Part shown: positions 55,098 to 64,000 of the stretch, piece by piece
Layout of the letters: each line of letters starts with the position of its first letter
Numbering within the stretch: position 1 is the stretch's first letter
Source of the DNA: an uncultured Peptococcaceae bacterium
Lineage (GTDB): Bacteria > Bacillota > Peptococcia > Peptococcales > Peptococcaceae
Length of the DNA stretch: 64,000 nucleotides
Assembly: GCA_902462325.1 (NCBI GenBank)
Contig: CABQBF010000001.1
Span: 11,478-75,477, forward strand
Direction of reading: 5' to 3'
Notes under the pieces: model-generated
The model's database searches: none
The model's input: the letters and a program-made list of their open reading frames with translations, nothing else
Told to the model about the DNA's origin: nothing
Program-made: the position numbers and the translations under genes

Positions 55098-55634
55098 ATG
55101 TCCCGTATTGGTAAACTTCCTATTAGCATTGTTGACGGCGTAGAAGTAACAATCGCTGAAGGTAATCATGTAACTGTAAAAGGGCCAAAAGGTCAGTTAG
55201 AAAAACAATTACATCCTGATATGATCCTGGAACAGGAAAACGGCCAGGTAAAAGTTATTTGCCCAGATGAAAGCAAAAACGCACTGTGGGGCTTAACCCG
55301 TACACTGTTAAACAACATGGTAATTGGCGTAACTCAGGGTTACTCCAAGAGCCTGGAACTGGTTGGTGTAGGTTACAGAGCACAGATGCAGGGCAAAAAA
55401 CTGGTTCTGCAGGTTGGTTATTCTCATCCTGTCGAATTTGACCCGGAAGATGGCATGGAAATCGAAGTTCCAGCTCCTACCCAGATCGTAGTAAAGGGTA
55501 TTGATAAAGAAAAAGTTGGCAGCCTGGCAGCAAATATTCGTGCTGTACGTGAACCAGAACCTTACAAAGGCAAAGGGATTCGTTATGCAGGCGAAGTTGT
55601 AAAATTGAAAGCTGGTAAATCTGGCGGTAAATAA
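55098..55634 (+). CDS. rplF: 50S ribosomal protein L6
   Basis: SRIGKLPI...VKGPKG... Confidence 0.95.
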   Translation: MSRIGKLPISIVDGVEVTIAEGNHVTVKGPKGQLEKQLHPDMILEQENGQVKVICPDESKNALWGLTRTLLNNMVIGVTQGYSKSLELVGVGYRAQMQGKKLVLQVGYSHPVEFDPEDGMEIEVPAPTQIVVKGIDKEKVGSLAANIRAVREPEPYKGKGIRYAGEVVKLKAGKSGGK

Positions 55635-55685
55635 TAGCCGTTCCTCTAGGTAGAGGGCCAGCTCCAATGAAAGGAGTGAAGTAAC

Positions 55686-56039
55686 GTGATTAAGCAAACC
55701 CCAAGAAAAAGTATCCGGAATAAAAAGCACTGGAGAACAAGAAATAAAATCAAGGGTACTGCAGAAAGACCACGTTTAGCAGTGTTCAGAAGCACACAGC
55801 ATATTTACGCACAGATCATTGATGATACTGTAGGAAATACTCTGGTATCTGCTTCTACTTTAGAAGTAAAAGTTGACGGTACTAAGAGCGATGCTGCTAA
55901 GGCAGTCGGTGTAGCCGTAGCAAAAAAAGCACTTGAAAAAGGTATCAATAAAGTCGTTTTTGACCGGGGTGGCAACCTTTATCATGGCCGTATCAAAGCT
56001 CTGGCTGAAGGAGCTAGAGAGGCCGGTCTTGACTTCTAA
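55686..56039 (+). CDS. rplR: 50S ribosomal protein L18
   Basis: [19 protein letters not shown]... and FDRGG.LYHGR. GTG start. Confidence 0.95.
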   Translation: MIKQTPRKSIRNKKHWRTRNKIKGTAERPRLAVFRSTQHIYAQIIDDTVGNTLVSASTLEVKVDGTKSDAAKAVGVAVAKKALEKGINKVVFDRGGNLYHGRIKALAEGAREAGLDF

Positions 56040-56063
56040 TCAATGACGAAGGAGGGAAAGGTA

Positions 56064-56564
56064 TTGGCAAGACTAGATGCTAACAACTATGAATTAAAAG
56101 AAAAAGTTGTACAGATCAACCGTGTAGCGAAAACTGTAAAAGGTGGTCGCCGTATGAGCTTCAGCGCTCTGGTTGTTGTTGGTAATGAAAACGGCATTGT
56201 TGGCGTTGGTATGGGGAAAGCAAACGAAGTACCAGAAGCAATCCGTAAAGGCATTGAAGATGCAAAGAAAAATCTGATTGAAGTACCTGTAGTAAACGGT
56301 ACAATCCCACATGAAATCGTTGGTCGGTTCGGCGCAGGCCGTGTAATGCTGAGACCGGCTGCTGAAGGTACTGGGGTTATCGCCGGCGGCGCAGTACGTG
56401 CGGTTGTAGAATTAGCAGGTATTAAAAATATCTTAGCAAAATCTTTGGGTTCTGACACCAGTCTGAACATCGTAAAAGCCACTATGCAGGGCTTAGCCTC
56501 CATGAAGAGAGTCGAAGATGTTGCAAGACTGCGCGGCAAGTCCGTTGAAGAAATCTTAGGTTAA
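56064..56564 (+). CDS. rpsE: 30S ribosomal protein S5
   Basis: [24 protein letters not shown] start 7 nt after AGGAGGG. The ORF-track ATG at 56043 is possible but lacks an RBS. Confidence 0.9.
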   Translation: MARLDANNYELKEKVVQINRVAKTVKGGRRMSFSALVVVGNENGIVGVGMGKANEVPEAIRKGIEDAKKNLIEVPVVNGTIPHEIVGRFGAGRVMLRPAAEGTGVIAGGAVRAVVELAGIKNILAKSLGSDTSLNIVKATMQGLASMKRVEDVARLRGKSVEEILG

Positions 56565-56577
56565 GGGGGATTCTGAG

Positions 56578-56763
56578 ATGGCACAGCTTAAAATTACTTT
56601 AGTAAAAAGTGTAATCGGTTCATCTGAAAGACAAAGAAATGTTGTAAAAGCCCTCGGCCTCAAGAAAACACACAGCTCTGTTGTTCAGGATGACACGGCT
56701 GTTATCAGAGGTATGATTGCAAAAGTCAATCACTTAGTAAGTGTTGAAGAAGTAGAAGCTTAA
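56578..56763 (+). CDS. rpmD: 50S ribosomal protein L30
   Basis: [11 protein letters not shown]....R..V.ALGL.K. Confidence 0.95.
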   Translation: MAQLKITLVKSVIGSSERQRNVVKALGLKKTHSSVVQDDTAVIRGMIAKVNHLVSVEEVEA

Positions 56764-56780
56764 TATAGGAGGTGTTTTAA

Positions 56781-57227
56781 GTGAAACTCCATGAGCTAAA
56801 ACCTGCTGAAGGGTCTAAACAGGCTCCTAAACGCAAAGGTAGAGGTATTGGTTCCGGTTTGGGTAAAACAGCCGGTAAAGGTCATAAAGGTCAAAAAGCT
56901 CGTTCTGGCGGCGGCAAAGGCCCAGCTTTTGAAGGTGGTCAGACACCATTACAGCGTCGTATGCCAAAGAGAGGATTTACCAATGCAATTTTCAAAGTAG
57001 AATATACAGAAGTAAATCTGGATCGTCTGGAACGGTTTGAAGCAAATACTGAAATTACACCAGAATTGTTATTTGATAACGGTATTGTAAAACAGGTTAA
57101 AAACGGCGGCGTGAAAATTTTAGGCAATGGCGAAGTTACCAAGGCATTCACTGTAAAAGCAAACGCTTTCAGTAAATCCGCTCAGGAAAAAATTGAAGCA
57201 GCCGGTGGCCGAGTTGAGGTGATTTAA
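56781..57227 (+). CDS. rplO: 50S ribosomal protein L15
   Basis: [12 protein letters not shown]...[24 protein letters not shown]. Confidence 0.95.
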   Translation: MKLHELKPAEGSKQAPKRKGRGIGSGLGKTAGKGHKGQKARSGGGKGPAFEGGQTPLQRRMPKRGFTNAIFKVEYTEVNLDRLERFEANTEITPELLFDNGIVKQVKNGGVKILGNGEVTKAFTVKANAFSKSAQEKIEAAGGRVEVI

Positions 57228-57228
57228 T

Positions 57229-58479
57229 TTGTTATCAACTCTCAAAAGTGCAGTAAAAGCTGAGGATACTCGTAAAAAGATTCTTTTTACACTGATGATG
57301 TTTCTGGTGTTTCGTATTGGGGCGCATATCCCAGTGCCAAACATTGATGTCGCTGCAATTGCTGAATTAACTGAAAAAGCAAAATTACTGGGTTTCTTTG
57401 ATATGGTATCTGGTGGTGCTTTCAAGAACTTCTCAATTTTTGCTATGAGTATTACACCTTACATCAACGCATCCATTATCATGCAGCTGTTGACAGTTAT
57501 TGTTCCTAGACTGGAACAGCTGGCAAAAGAAGATCGTAGAAAGATTGTTGAATATACTAGATATTTAACTGTTGTATTAGCTTTTGTTCAGGCTATTGGC
57601 GTTTCCTTAGGATTTAGAACAGCGTTAGTGAATGATTCCTTTGGCAGTATCGCTTTAATTGCTTTAACATTGACAGCTGGTACAGCCTGCCTGATGTGGA
57701 TTGGTGAGTTGATTACAGAAAAAGGAATCGGCAATGGGATTTCTTTAATCATCTTTGCAGGGATTGTTTCCCGGATTCCTTCTGGTTGCTACTATCTGTA
57801 CAACTATATTGCACAGAATGGCGCAATCGGGTTCTTAGTAGTATTACTGTTTGCAGTGATTGCTCTGGCTGCTATTGTTGCAGTTGTGGCAATTCAGGAA
57901 GGTCAGAGAAGAATTCCTGTACAGTATGCAAAACGGGTGGTTGGCCGCAAAGTGTATGGCGGACAGTCCACACACATTCCAATTAAAGTAAACTCCGCAG
58001 GGGTTATTCCGGTAATCTTTGCAATGTCTATTCTGATGTTCCCTGGCACAGTTGCTTCTTTCTTCCCAAATAGCAGTGTTGCCCAGACCATCACACAAAT
58101 TTTTGATGCTTCCGGCATCTTCTACAACATTTTATATGCATTGTTGATCGTTTTCTTCACCTACTTCTATTCTGCGATTACATTCAATCCGGTGGACGTA
58201 GCGGAAAACATCAAGAAAAACGGCGGTTTTATTCCTGGCTTACGTCCAGGCAGACCGACATCCGATTACATCGCCAAAGTCATGGGCCGGATTACCTTAT
58301 TCGGTGCAATCTTCTTAGCAGCTATCGCTGTTCTGCCAGCCATTATCATGGGCCTGACAGATTTGGAACTGTACTTCGGCGGTACAGCACTGCTGATTGT
58401 AGTCGGCGTTGCATTAGATACTATGAAACAACTGGAAGCTTCTCTGCTGATGCGCAGCTATGAAGGCTTTATGAAATAA
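57229..58479 (+). CDS. secY: preprotein translocase subunit SecY
   Basis: 416 aa and 10 TM, with SITPYINASIIMQLL and GGFIPGLRPG. TTG start. Confidence 0.95.
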   Translation: MLSTLKSAVKAEDTRKKILFTLMMFLVFRIGAHIPVPNIDVAAIAELTEKAKLLGFFDMVSGGAFKNFSIFAMSITPYINASIIMQLLTVIVPRLEQLAKEDRRKIVEYTRYLTVVLAFVQAIGVSLGFRTALVNDSFGSIALIALTLTAGTACLMWIGELITEKGIGNGISLIIFAGIVSRIPSGCYYLYNYIAQNGAIGFLVVLLFAVIALAAIVAVVAIQEGQRRIPVQYAKRVVGRKVYGGQSTHIPIKVNSAGVIPVIFAMSILMFPGTVASFFPNSSVAQTITQIFDASGIFYNILYALLIVFFTYFYSAITFNPVDVAENIKKNGGFIPGLRPGRPTSDYIAKVMGRITLFGAIFLAAIAVLPAIIMGLTDLELYFGGTALLIVVGVALDTMKQLEASLLMRSYEGFMK

Positions 58480-59148
<669 letters not shown>

Positions 59149-59150
59149 GC

Positions 59151-59897
59151 ATGATTCATGCAAAATCTCCTCGGGAAATTCAATATATGCGGGATGCGGG
59201 CCGCATTGTCGCCCAAACCCACGAGGAACTTGCTAAGGCTGCGAAACCGGGCATTAGTACCAAAGAACTGGACCAGATTGCGGAAGACTATATCATATCC
59301 CAAGGGGCGGTGCCTTCTTTCAAAGGATATCGTGGTTTTCCGGCTACAATCTGTACTTCCGTTAATCATGTTGTAGTACATGGGATTCCAAGTTTAGAGA
59401 TAGTAGAAAATGGTGATATTATCAGTATTGATATCGGAGCAATTCTCAATGGATATCATGGTGATGCAGCCAGAACTTTACCGATTGGTGAAATTTCTGA
59501 GACCGCAGAGAAATTATTGCAGGTCACAGAAGAAAGTCTGTACAAAGGGATTGAGCAGGCCGTTATTGGAAACAGGCTCTCCGATATATCCAGCGCTGTG
59601 CAGACTCATGTGGAAAACAATGGTTTTTCTGTGGTACGTAATTACTGCGGTCATGGGATTGGCCGCGCCATGCATGAAGAACCGCAAATTCCGAACTATG
59701 GAAGCCCGGGACATGGTCCAAGACTAAAAGCTGGTTATTGTCTGGCAATTGAGCCAATGGTCAATGTCGGTACTCATAATGTCTCTGTTTTAAAAGACAG
59801 ATGGACAGTTATTACAAATGATAAACAATTATCCGCCCATTTTGAACATACTGTGGCAGTAACGGAGGATGGGCCATTGATTTTAACGGAGCTATAA
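59151..59897 (+). CDS. map: type I methionine aminopeptidase
   Basis: VVHGIP, DIGAILNGYHGD, GHGIGRAMHE and EHTV are the metal ligands and motifs. Confidence 0.95.
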   Translation: MIHAKSPREIQYMRDAGRIVAQTHEELAKAAKPGISTKELDQIAEDYIISQGAVPSFKGYRGFPATICTSVNHVVVHGIPSLEIVENGDIISIDIGAILNGYHGDAARTLPIGEISETAEKLLQVTEESLYKGIEQAVIGNRLSDISSAVQTHVENNGFSVVRNYCGHGIGRAMHEEPQIPNYGSPGHGPRLKAGYCLAIEPMVNVGTHNVSVLKDRWTVITNDKQLSAHFEHTVAVTEDGPLILTEL

Positions 59898-59930
59898 AAG
59901 GTGAAGGTGTCGTGAAGGAGGCTATCTCAT

Positions 59931-60297
<367 letters not shown>

Positions 60298-60332
60298 TTT
60301 ATAAATAGAGCTTCTCATGGGAGGTGCATCAA

Positions 60333-60701
60333 ATGGCACGAATCGTTGGTATTGACTTACCGAGAGAAAAGAGAGTCGTAATTGGCTTGACATATATCTA
60401 TGGTATTGGCAAAGCTACTTCTGAAAAAATTGTTGCAGAAGCAGGTATCAATCCTGACACAAGAGTACGTGATCTGACAGAAGAAGAAGTACAGAAATTA
60501 AGAGATATCATCGGCAAAATGAAAGTGGAAGGCGACCTGCGCCGTGAAATTTCTCTGAATATCAAACGTCTGTCTGAAATCGGTTGCTATCGTGGTGTAA
60601 GACACCGCAGAGGTCTGCCGGTTAGAGGTCAGAGAACCAAAACAAATGCAAGAACACGTAAAGGTAAAATTAAAACTGTAGGCGCAAAACGTAAGAAGTA
60701 A
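60333..60701 (+). CDS. rpsM: 30S ribosomal protein S13
   Basis: [15 protein letters not shown]. The ATG follows GGGAGGTG. The ORF-track start at 60324 is rejected. Confidence 0.95.
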   Translation: MARIVGIDLPREKRVVIGLTYIYGIGKATSEKIVAEAGINPDTRVRDLTEEEVQKLRDIIGKMKVEGDLRREISLNIKRLSEIGCYRGVRHRRGLPVRGQRTKTNARTRKGKIKTVGAKRKK

Positions 60702-60716
60702 GGGGTGATATGTTAA

Positions 60717-61115
60717 ATGGCTAGACCAAAGACTGCTAATACTCGTGTAAAACGCAGAGAACGTAAAAATGTTGATAAGGGTATCGCCCATATCAAATCT
60801 ACATTTAACAATACAATCGTTACTATCACTGATATGAATGGTAACGCCTTATCTTGGGCCAGTGCTGGCGGTATGGGCTTCAAAGGCTCCAGAAAAAGCA
60901 CTCCATACGCTGCTCAGACTGCTGCAGACACTGCTGCAAAGGCTGCAATGGAACATGGCTTAAGAGAAGTTGAATGTTATGTAAAAGGCCCAGGTGCCGG
61001 TAGAGAAGCTGCAATCCGTTCTTTACAGGCTGCTGGTTTAGAAGTAAGTATGATTAAGGACGTAACTCCAATTCCTCATAATGGTTGTCGTCCACCAAAA
61101 CGTAGAAGAGTCTAG
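60717..61115 (+). CDS. rpsK: 30S ribosomal protein S11
   Basis: [20 protein letters not shown] and [17 protein letters not shown]. Confidence 0.95.
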   Translation: MARPKTANTRVKRRERKNVDKGIAHIKSTFNNTIVTITDMNGNALSWASAGGMGFKGSRKSTPYAAQTAADTAAKAAMEHGLREVECYVKGPGAGREAAIRSLQAAGLEVSMIKDVTPIPHNGCRPPKRRRV

Positions 61116-61131
61116 GAGGTGCAATTGAGGA

Positions 61132-61758
61132 ATGGCTAGATATACAGGTCCTGTTTGCCGTTTGTGCCGTAGAGAAGGCGTGAAACTGTTTTTGAAAGGT
61201 GATCGTTGCTACTCTGACAAATGTGCAATCGAAAAAAGAAGTTATGCTCCTGGTCAGCATGGCCAGCGCAGAAGCAAACAGAGTGAATATGGTTTGCAGT
61301 TAAGAGAAAAACAGAAAGCTCGTCGTATTTATGGTGTGCTGGAAGGCCAGTTTGAAACCTATTTCGACAAAGCTGAACGTAAAAAAGGTGTTACTGGTGA
61401 AAACCTGCTGGTATTGCTGGAAACCCGTTTCGATAACATTGTTTATCGCGCAGGCTTTGCATCTTCCAGAAATCAGGCTAGACAGTTCGTTCGCCACAAT
61501 CACTTCACACTGAATGGTAAAAAAGCCAATATCCCATCTATGGAATTAAAAGTTGGCGATGTTATTCAGTTAAAAGATAAGAGTAAAAATTCTGCCTTGA
61601 TTAAAGAATTAGCTGACAATCTGGGCACCAAAAATCCTCCTGCATGGTTGGAACTGGATGTAGACAATCTGTCTGCTAAAGTTGTAAGAATGCCAAGCAA
61701 AGAAGATATTGATATACCAGTTGAAGAACAGATGATTGTTGAGTTGTACTCCAAATAA
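61132..61758 (+). CDS. rpsD: 30S ribosomal protein S4
   Basis: [16 protein letters not shown]... Confidence 0.95.
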   Translation: MARYTGPVCRLCRREGVKLFLKGDRCYSDKCAIEKRSYAPGQHGQRRSKQSEYGLQLREKQKARRIYGVLEGQFETYFDKAERKKGVTGENLLVLLETRFDNIVYRAGFASSRNQARQFVRHNHFTLNGKKANIPSMELKVGDVIQLKDKSKNSALIKELADNLGTKNPPAWLELDVDNLSAKVVRMPSKEDIDIPVEEQMIVELYSK

Positions 61759-61809
61759 TTGATAATCATTACTCTTAGGTTATACTGAGTATAAGTAGGA
61801 GGTTGAAAT

Positions 61810-62757
61810 ATGATTGAGATTGAAAAGCCAAATATCGAGTGCGTTGCGATGAGTGACGATAACACTTATGGTAAATTTGTTGTTGAACCACTTGAAAAGG
61901 GTTATGGTACAACACTGGGGAACTCCTTAAGACGTATTTTACTGTCTTCTCTGCCTGGTACAGCAGTTACATCCATCAAGATTGACGGTGTGCTGCATGA
62001 GTTTTCCACGGTGCCTGGTGTGGTGGAAGATGTTGCAGATATCATTCTGAACATCAAATCTTTGGCTCTGAAGTCGGATAGCGATGAACCACAGATTATT
62101 GTGATTGATGCCAACGGACCAGGTGAAGTGACCGCTGCCGATGTCATTACAACAGAAGCAATTGAAGTGCTGAACGGGGACTTACATATTGCGACGTTGG
62201 ATGAAGACAGCCGTTTATACATTGAGATGGTAGTAGAACGTGGCCGTGGTTATGTTTCTTCCGTAAAAAATAAAAAGGAAGATCAGCCAATAGGAACAAT
62301 TCCGATTGATTCTATTTATACTCCTATTCACAAGGTTAACTTTTATCTGGAAGATACTCGTGTTGGTCAGCGGACTGACTATGATAAACTGACGATTGAA
62401 TTGTGGAGTAACGGTAGCATTAAGCCGGATGACGCAGTTAGTTTGGCAGCTAGAATTTTGAGCGATCACTTGAAATTATTTGTTGGCCTGACCGACGGTA
62501 TGGATCACGTTCCAATCATGGTAGAAAAAGAGGAAGAGGAAAAGAACAAGATTTTAGATATGACCATTGAAGAGTTAGATTTGTCTGTTCGTTCCTACAA
62601 CTGTTTAAAACGTGCTGGTATCAACACTGTTTCTGAATTAACGCAGAAAACAGAAGATGATATGATGAAGGTTCGGAACCTGGGTAAAAAATCCCTGGAA
62701 GAAGTTCAGCAAAAAATGGAAGCTCTGGGCTTAGGCTTAAGATCCACGGAAGAATAA
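61810..62757 (+). CDS. rpoA: DNA-directed RNA polymerase subunit alpha
   Basis: [25 protein letters not shown], and a CTD with [17 protein letters not shown]. Confidence 0.95.
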   Translation: MIEIEKPNIECVAMSDDNTYGKFVVEPLEKGYGTTLGNSLRRILLSSLPGTAVTSIKIDGVLHEFSTVPGVVEDVADIILNIKSLALKSDSDEPQIIVIDANGPGEVTAADVITTEAIEVLNGDLHIATLDEDSRLYIEMVVERGRGYVSSVKNKKEDQPIGTIPIDSIYTPIHKVNFYLEDTRVGQRTDYDKLTIELWSNGSIKPDDAVSLAARILSDHLKLFVGLTDGMDHVPIMVEKEEEEKNKILDMTIEELDLSVRSYNCLKRAGINTVSELTQKTEDDMMKVRNLGKKSLEEVQQKMEALGLGLRSTEE

Positions 62758-62788
62758 AAGTGAATTTTGTAGTAAAGGAGGAACAGAA

Positions 62789-63127
62789 ATGCCTCATAGA
62801 AATTTAGGTCGTAATAGCTCTCAGCGCCGGGCGCTGTTAAGAAATATGACCACTTCTGTATTAAAATATGGTCAGATCGAAACCACAGAAGCAAAAGCAA
62901 AAGAAGTTAGAAGAATCGTTGAAAAAATGATTACTTTAGGCAAAGCAGGCAATTTGCATGCTTACCGTCAGGCTCTGGCTTACTTGACAGAAGAAGACGT
63001 GGCTAAGAAATTATTTGACGAAATTGCTCCGAAATACGAAGACCGTCAGGGTGGTTACACCCGTGTGGTAAAAGCAGGATATCGTCGCGGTGACGGTACG
63101 CCAATGGCTATTGTAGAATTGGTATAA
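62789..63127 (+). CDS. rplQ: 50S ribosomal protein L17
   Basis: [15 protein letters not shown]...TTEAKAKE. Confidence 0.95.
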   Translation: MPHRNLGRNSSQRRALLRNMTTSVLKYGQIETTEAKAKEVRRIVEKMITLGKAGNLHAYRQALAYLTEEDVAKKLFDEIAPKYEDRQGGYTRVVKAGYRRGDGTPMAIVELV

Positions 63128-63140
63128 GGAGAAGGGCGTG

Positions 63141-63175
63141 GAAGTCAGGAATTTCGTTCCTGACTTCTGCTGTTT
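63141..63175 (+). terminator. hairpin after rplQ (attenuating terminator before ecfA)
   Basis: GAAGTCAGGAA-TTTCG-TTCCTGACTTC perfect 11-bp stem. The T-tract (TGCTGTTTCCC) is weak. Confidence 0.5.
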
Positions 63176-63188
63176 CCCACATAAAACG

Positions 63189-64000
63189 ATGATTAAGATC
63201 AATCATTTAACACATATATTTCATAAAGAATCAACAAAACAGGAAGTCAAAGCGTTAGATGATGTTTCTCTGGAAATTCATGAAGGAGAACATATTGCTG
63301 TGTTAGGGCATAATGGTTGCGGAAAATCTACGTTGGCAAAGCACTTGAATGCTCTTTTGTTACCAACTGCAGGGACAGTTGAAGTTGACGCTGTCGATAC
63401 AGCAAACGAAGCAGACTTATGGACGATTCGGCAAACAGTAGGGATGGTATTTCAAAATCCTGATAATCAGCTTGTTGCCACAACGGTGGAGGAAGATGTT
63501 GCCTTCGGTCCAGAAAATATGGGTATGGATCCAGTCCTGATTAGGCAGAGAGTTGACGAAGCTCTGGCGGCGGTTGGTATGAGCCAATATAAAGAAAAAG
63601 GGCCCCATTTGTTATCTGGCGGACAAAAGCAGCGAATTGCCATAGCAGGCATTATTGCTATGCGGCCCAAGTATATTGTGTTTGATGAACCGACTGCCAT
63701 GCTGGACCCGTTAGGACGGCGCGAAGTAATGGAAACCATGCAGCGCTTAAACAGGGAAGATGGCATCACGGTTATCAATATCACCCATTTCATGGAGGAA
63801 GCTGTTCTGGCAGATCGTGTTATTGTGATGGAAAATGGCCGGATTATACTGTCGGGGACTCCAAAAGAGGTATTTACCCAAGTTGATTTACTGAAACAAA
63901 TGCAGCTAGATGTTCCGCCGGTGGCGGAATTGGCAGCATTGCTACATAAAGAAGATAAACGAATTGCAGCAGATATCATGACAATAGAGGAAATGGTGAC
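63189..64000 (+). CDS. ecfA: energy-coupling factor (ECF) transporter ATPase, N-terminal about 270 aa; the 3' end lies outside the window
   Basis: It is not in the ORF track because there is no stop within the window. It encodes MIKINHLTHIF...GHNGCGKSTLAK (Walker A), LSGGQKQRIAIAG (signature) and IVFDEPT (Walker B). Its position after rplQ is typical of Firmicutes. Confidence 0.85.
   Translation, partial: MIKINHLTHIFHKESTKQEVKALDDVSLEIHEGEHIAVLGHNGCGKSTLAKHLNALLLPTAGTVEVDAVDTANEADLWTIRQTVGMVFQNPDNQLVATTVEEDVAFGPENMGMDPVLIRQRVDEALAAVGMSQYKEKGPHLLSGGQKQRIAIAGIIAMRPKYIVFDEPTAMLDPLGRREVMETMQRLNREDGITVINITHFMEEAVLADRVIVMENGRIILSGTPKEVFTQVDLLKQMQLDVPPVAELAALLHKEDKRIAADIMTIEEMV

Overview
64 kb chromosomal segment with a Firmicutes/Bacillota character: AGGAGG-type RBSs, sigH, an ispE-gntR-spoVG neighbourhood, and a complete S10-spc-alpha ribosomal cluster (rpsJ to rplQ, 48075-63127) followed by an ECF-transporter ATPase. 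I found no rRNA, tRNA, CRISPR array or intact IS element. The left half mixes housekeeping genes (cysK fragment, sigH, ispE, spoVG, prmA, rsmE, a yyaL-like gene) with accessory transporters and regulators: an arylsulfotransferase-family gene with an anion permease, two DHA2 MFS pumps (one MarR-controlled), a TRAP system, TauE, GltS, several LysR/XRE/GntR/Crp regulators and a heavy-metal P1B ATPase. The stand-out is a 15-gene, about 10.7 kb bacterial microcompartment (BMC/metabolosome) operon at 26073-36707. It has a full shell set: a permuted BMC-H, four BMC-H (two of them identical in protein sequence), a PduT-like BMC-T and one BMC-P. It also has the generic metabolosome core: acylating aldehyde dehydrogenase, PduL, EutJ, EutP/PduV, a PduS-like protein and an EutT-like protein. 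It contains none of the signature enzymes of characterised metabolosomes. The only non-core enzyme is a divergent amidohydrolase-2-like protein with an N-terminal encapsulation-peptide-like helix, and its usual metal and catalytic motifs look substituted. Other points of interest are listed here.
- One shell protein is fused to a Rho_N/SAP-like domain.
- A dense DnaA-box cluster sits away from any dnaA gene.
- A structured, terminator-containing leader precedes an MFS-CBS transporter that is frameshifted in an A-run.
- A resolvase homologue lacks its catalytic serine.
- A 3' remnant of a permease paralogue and a decayed Doc toxin module are present.
- Several operator-like palindromes occur.
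All calls come from reading the translations and the DNA by eye. No database search was run.
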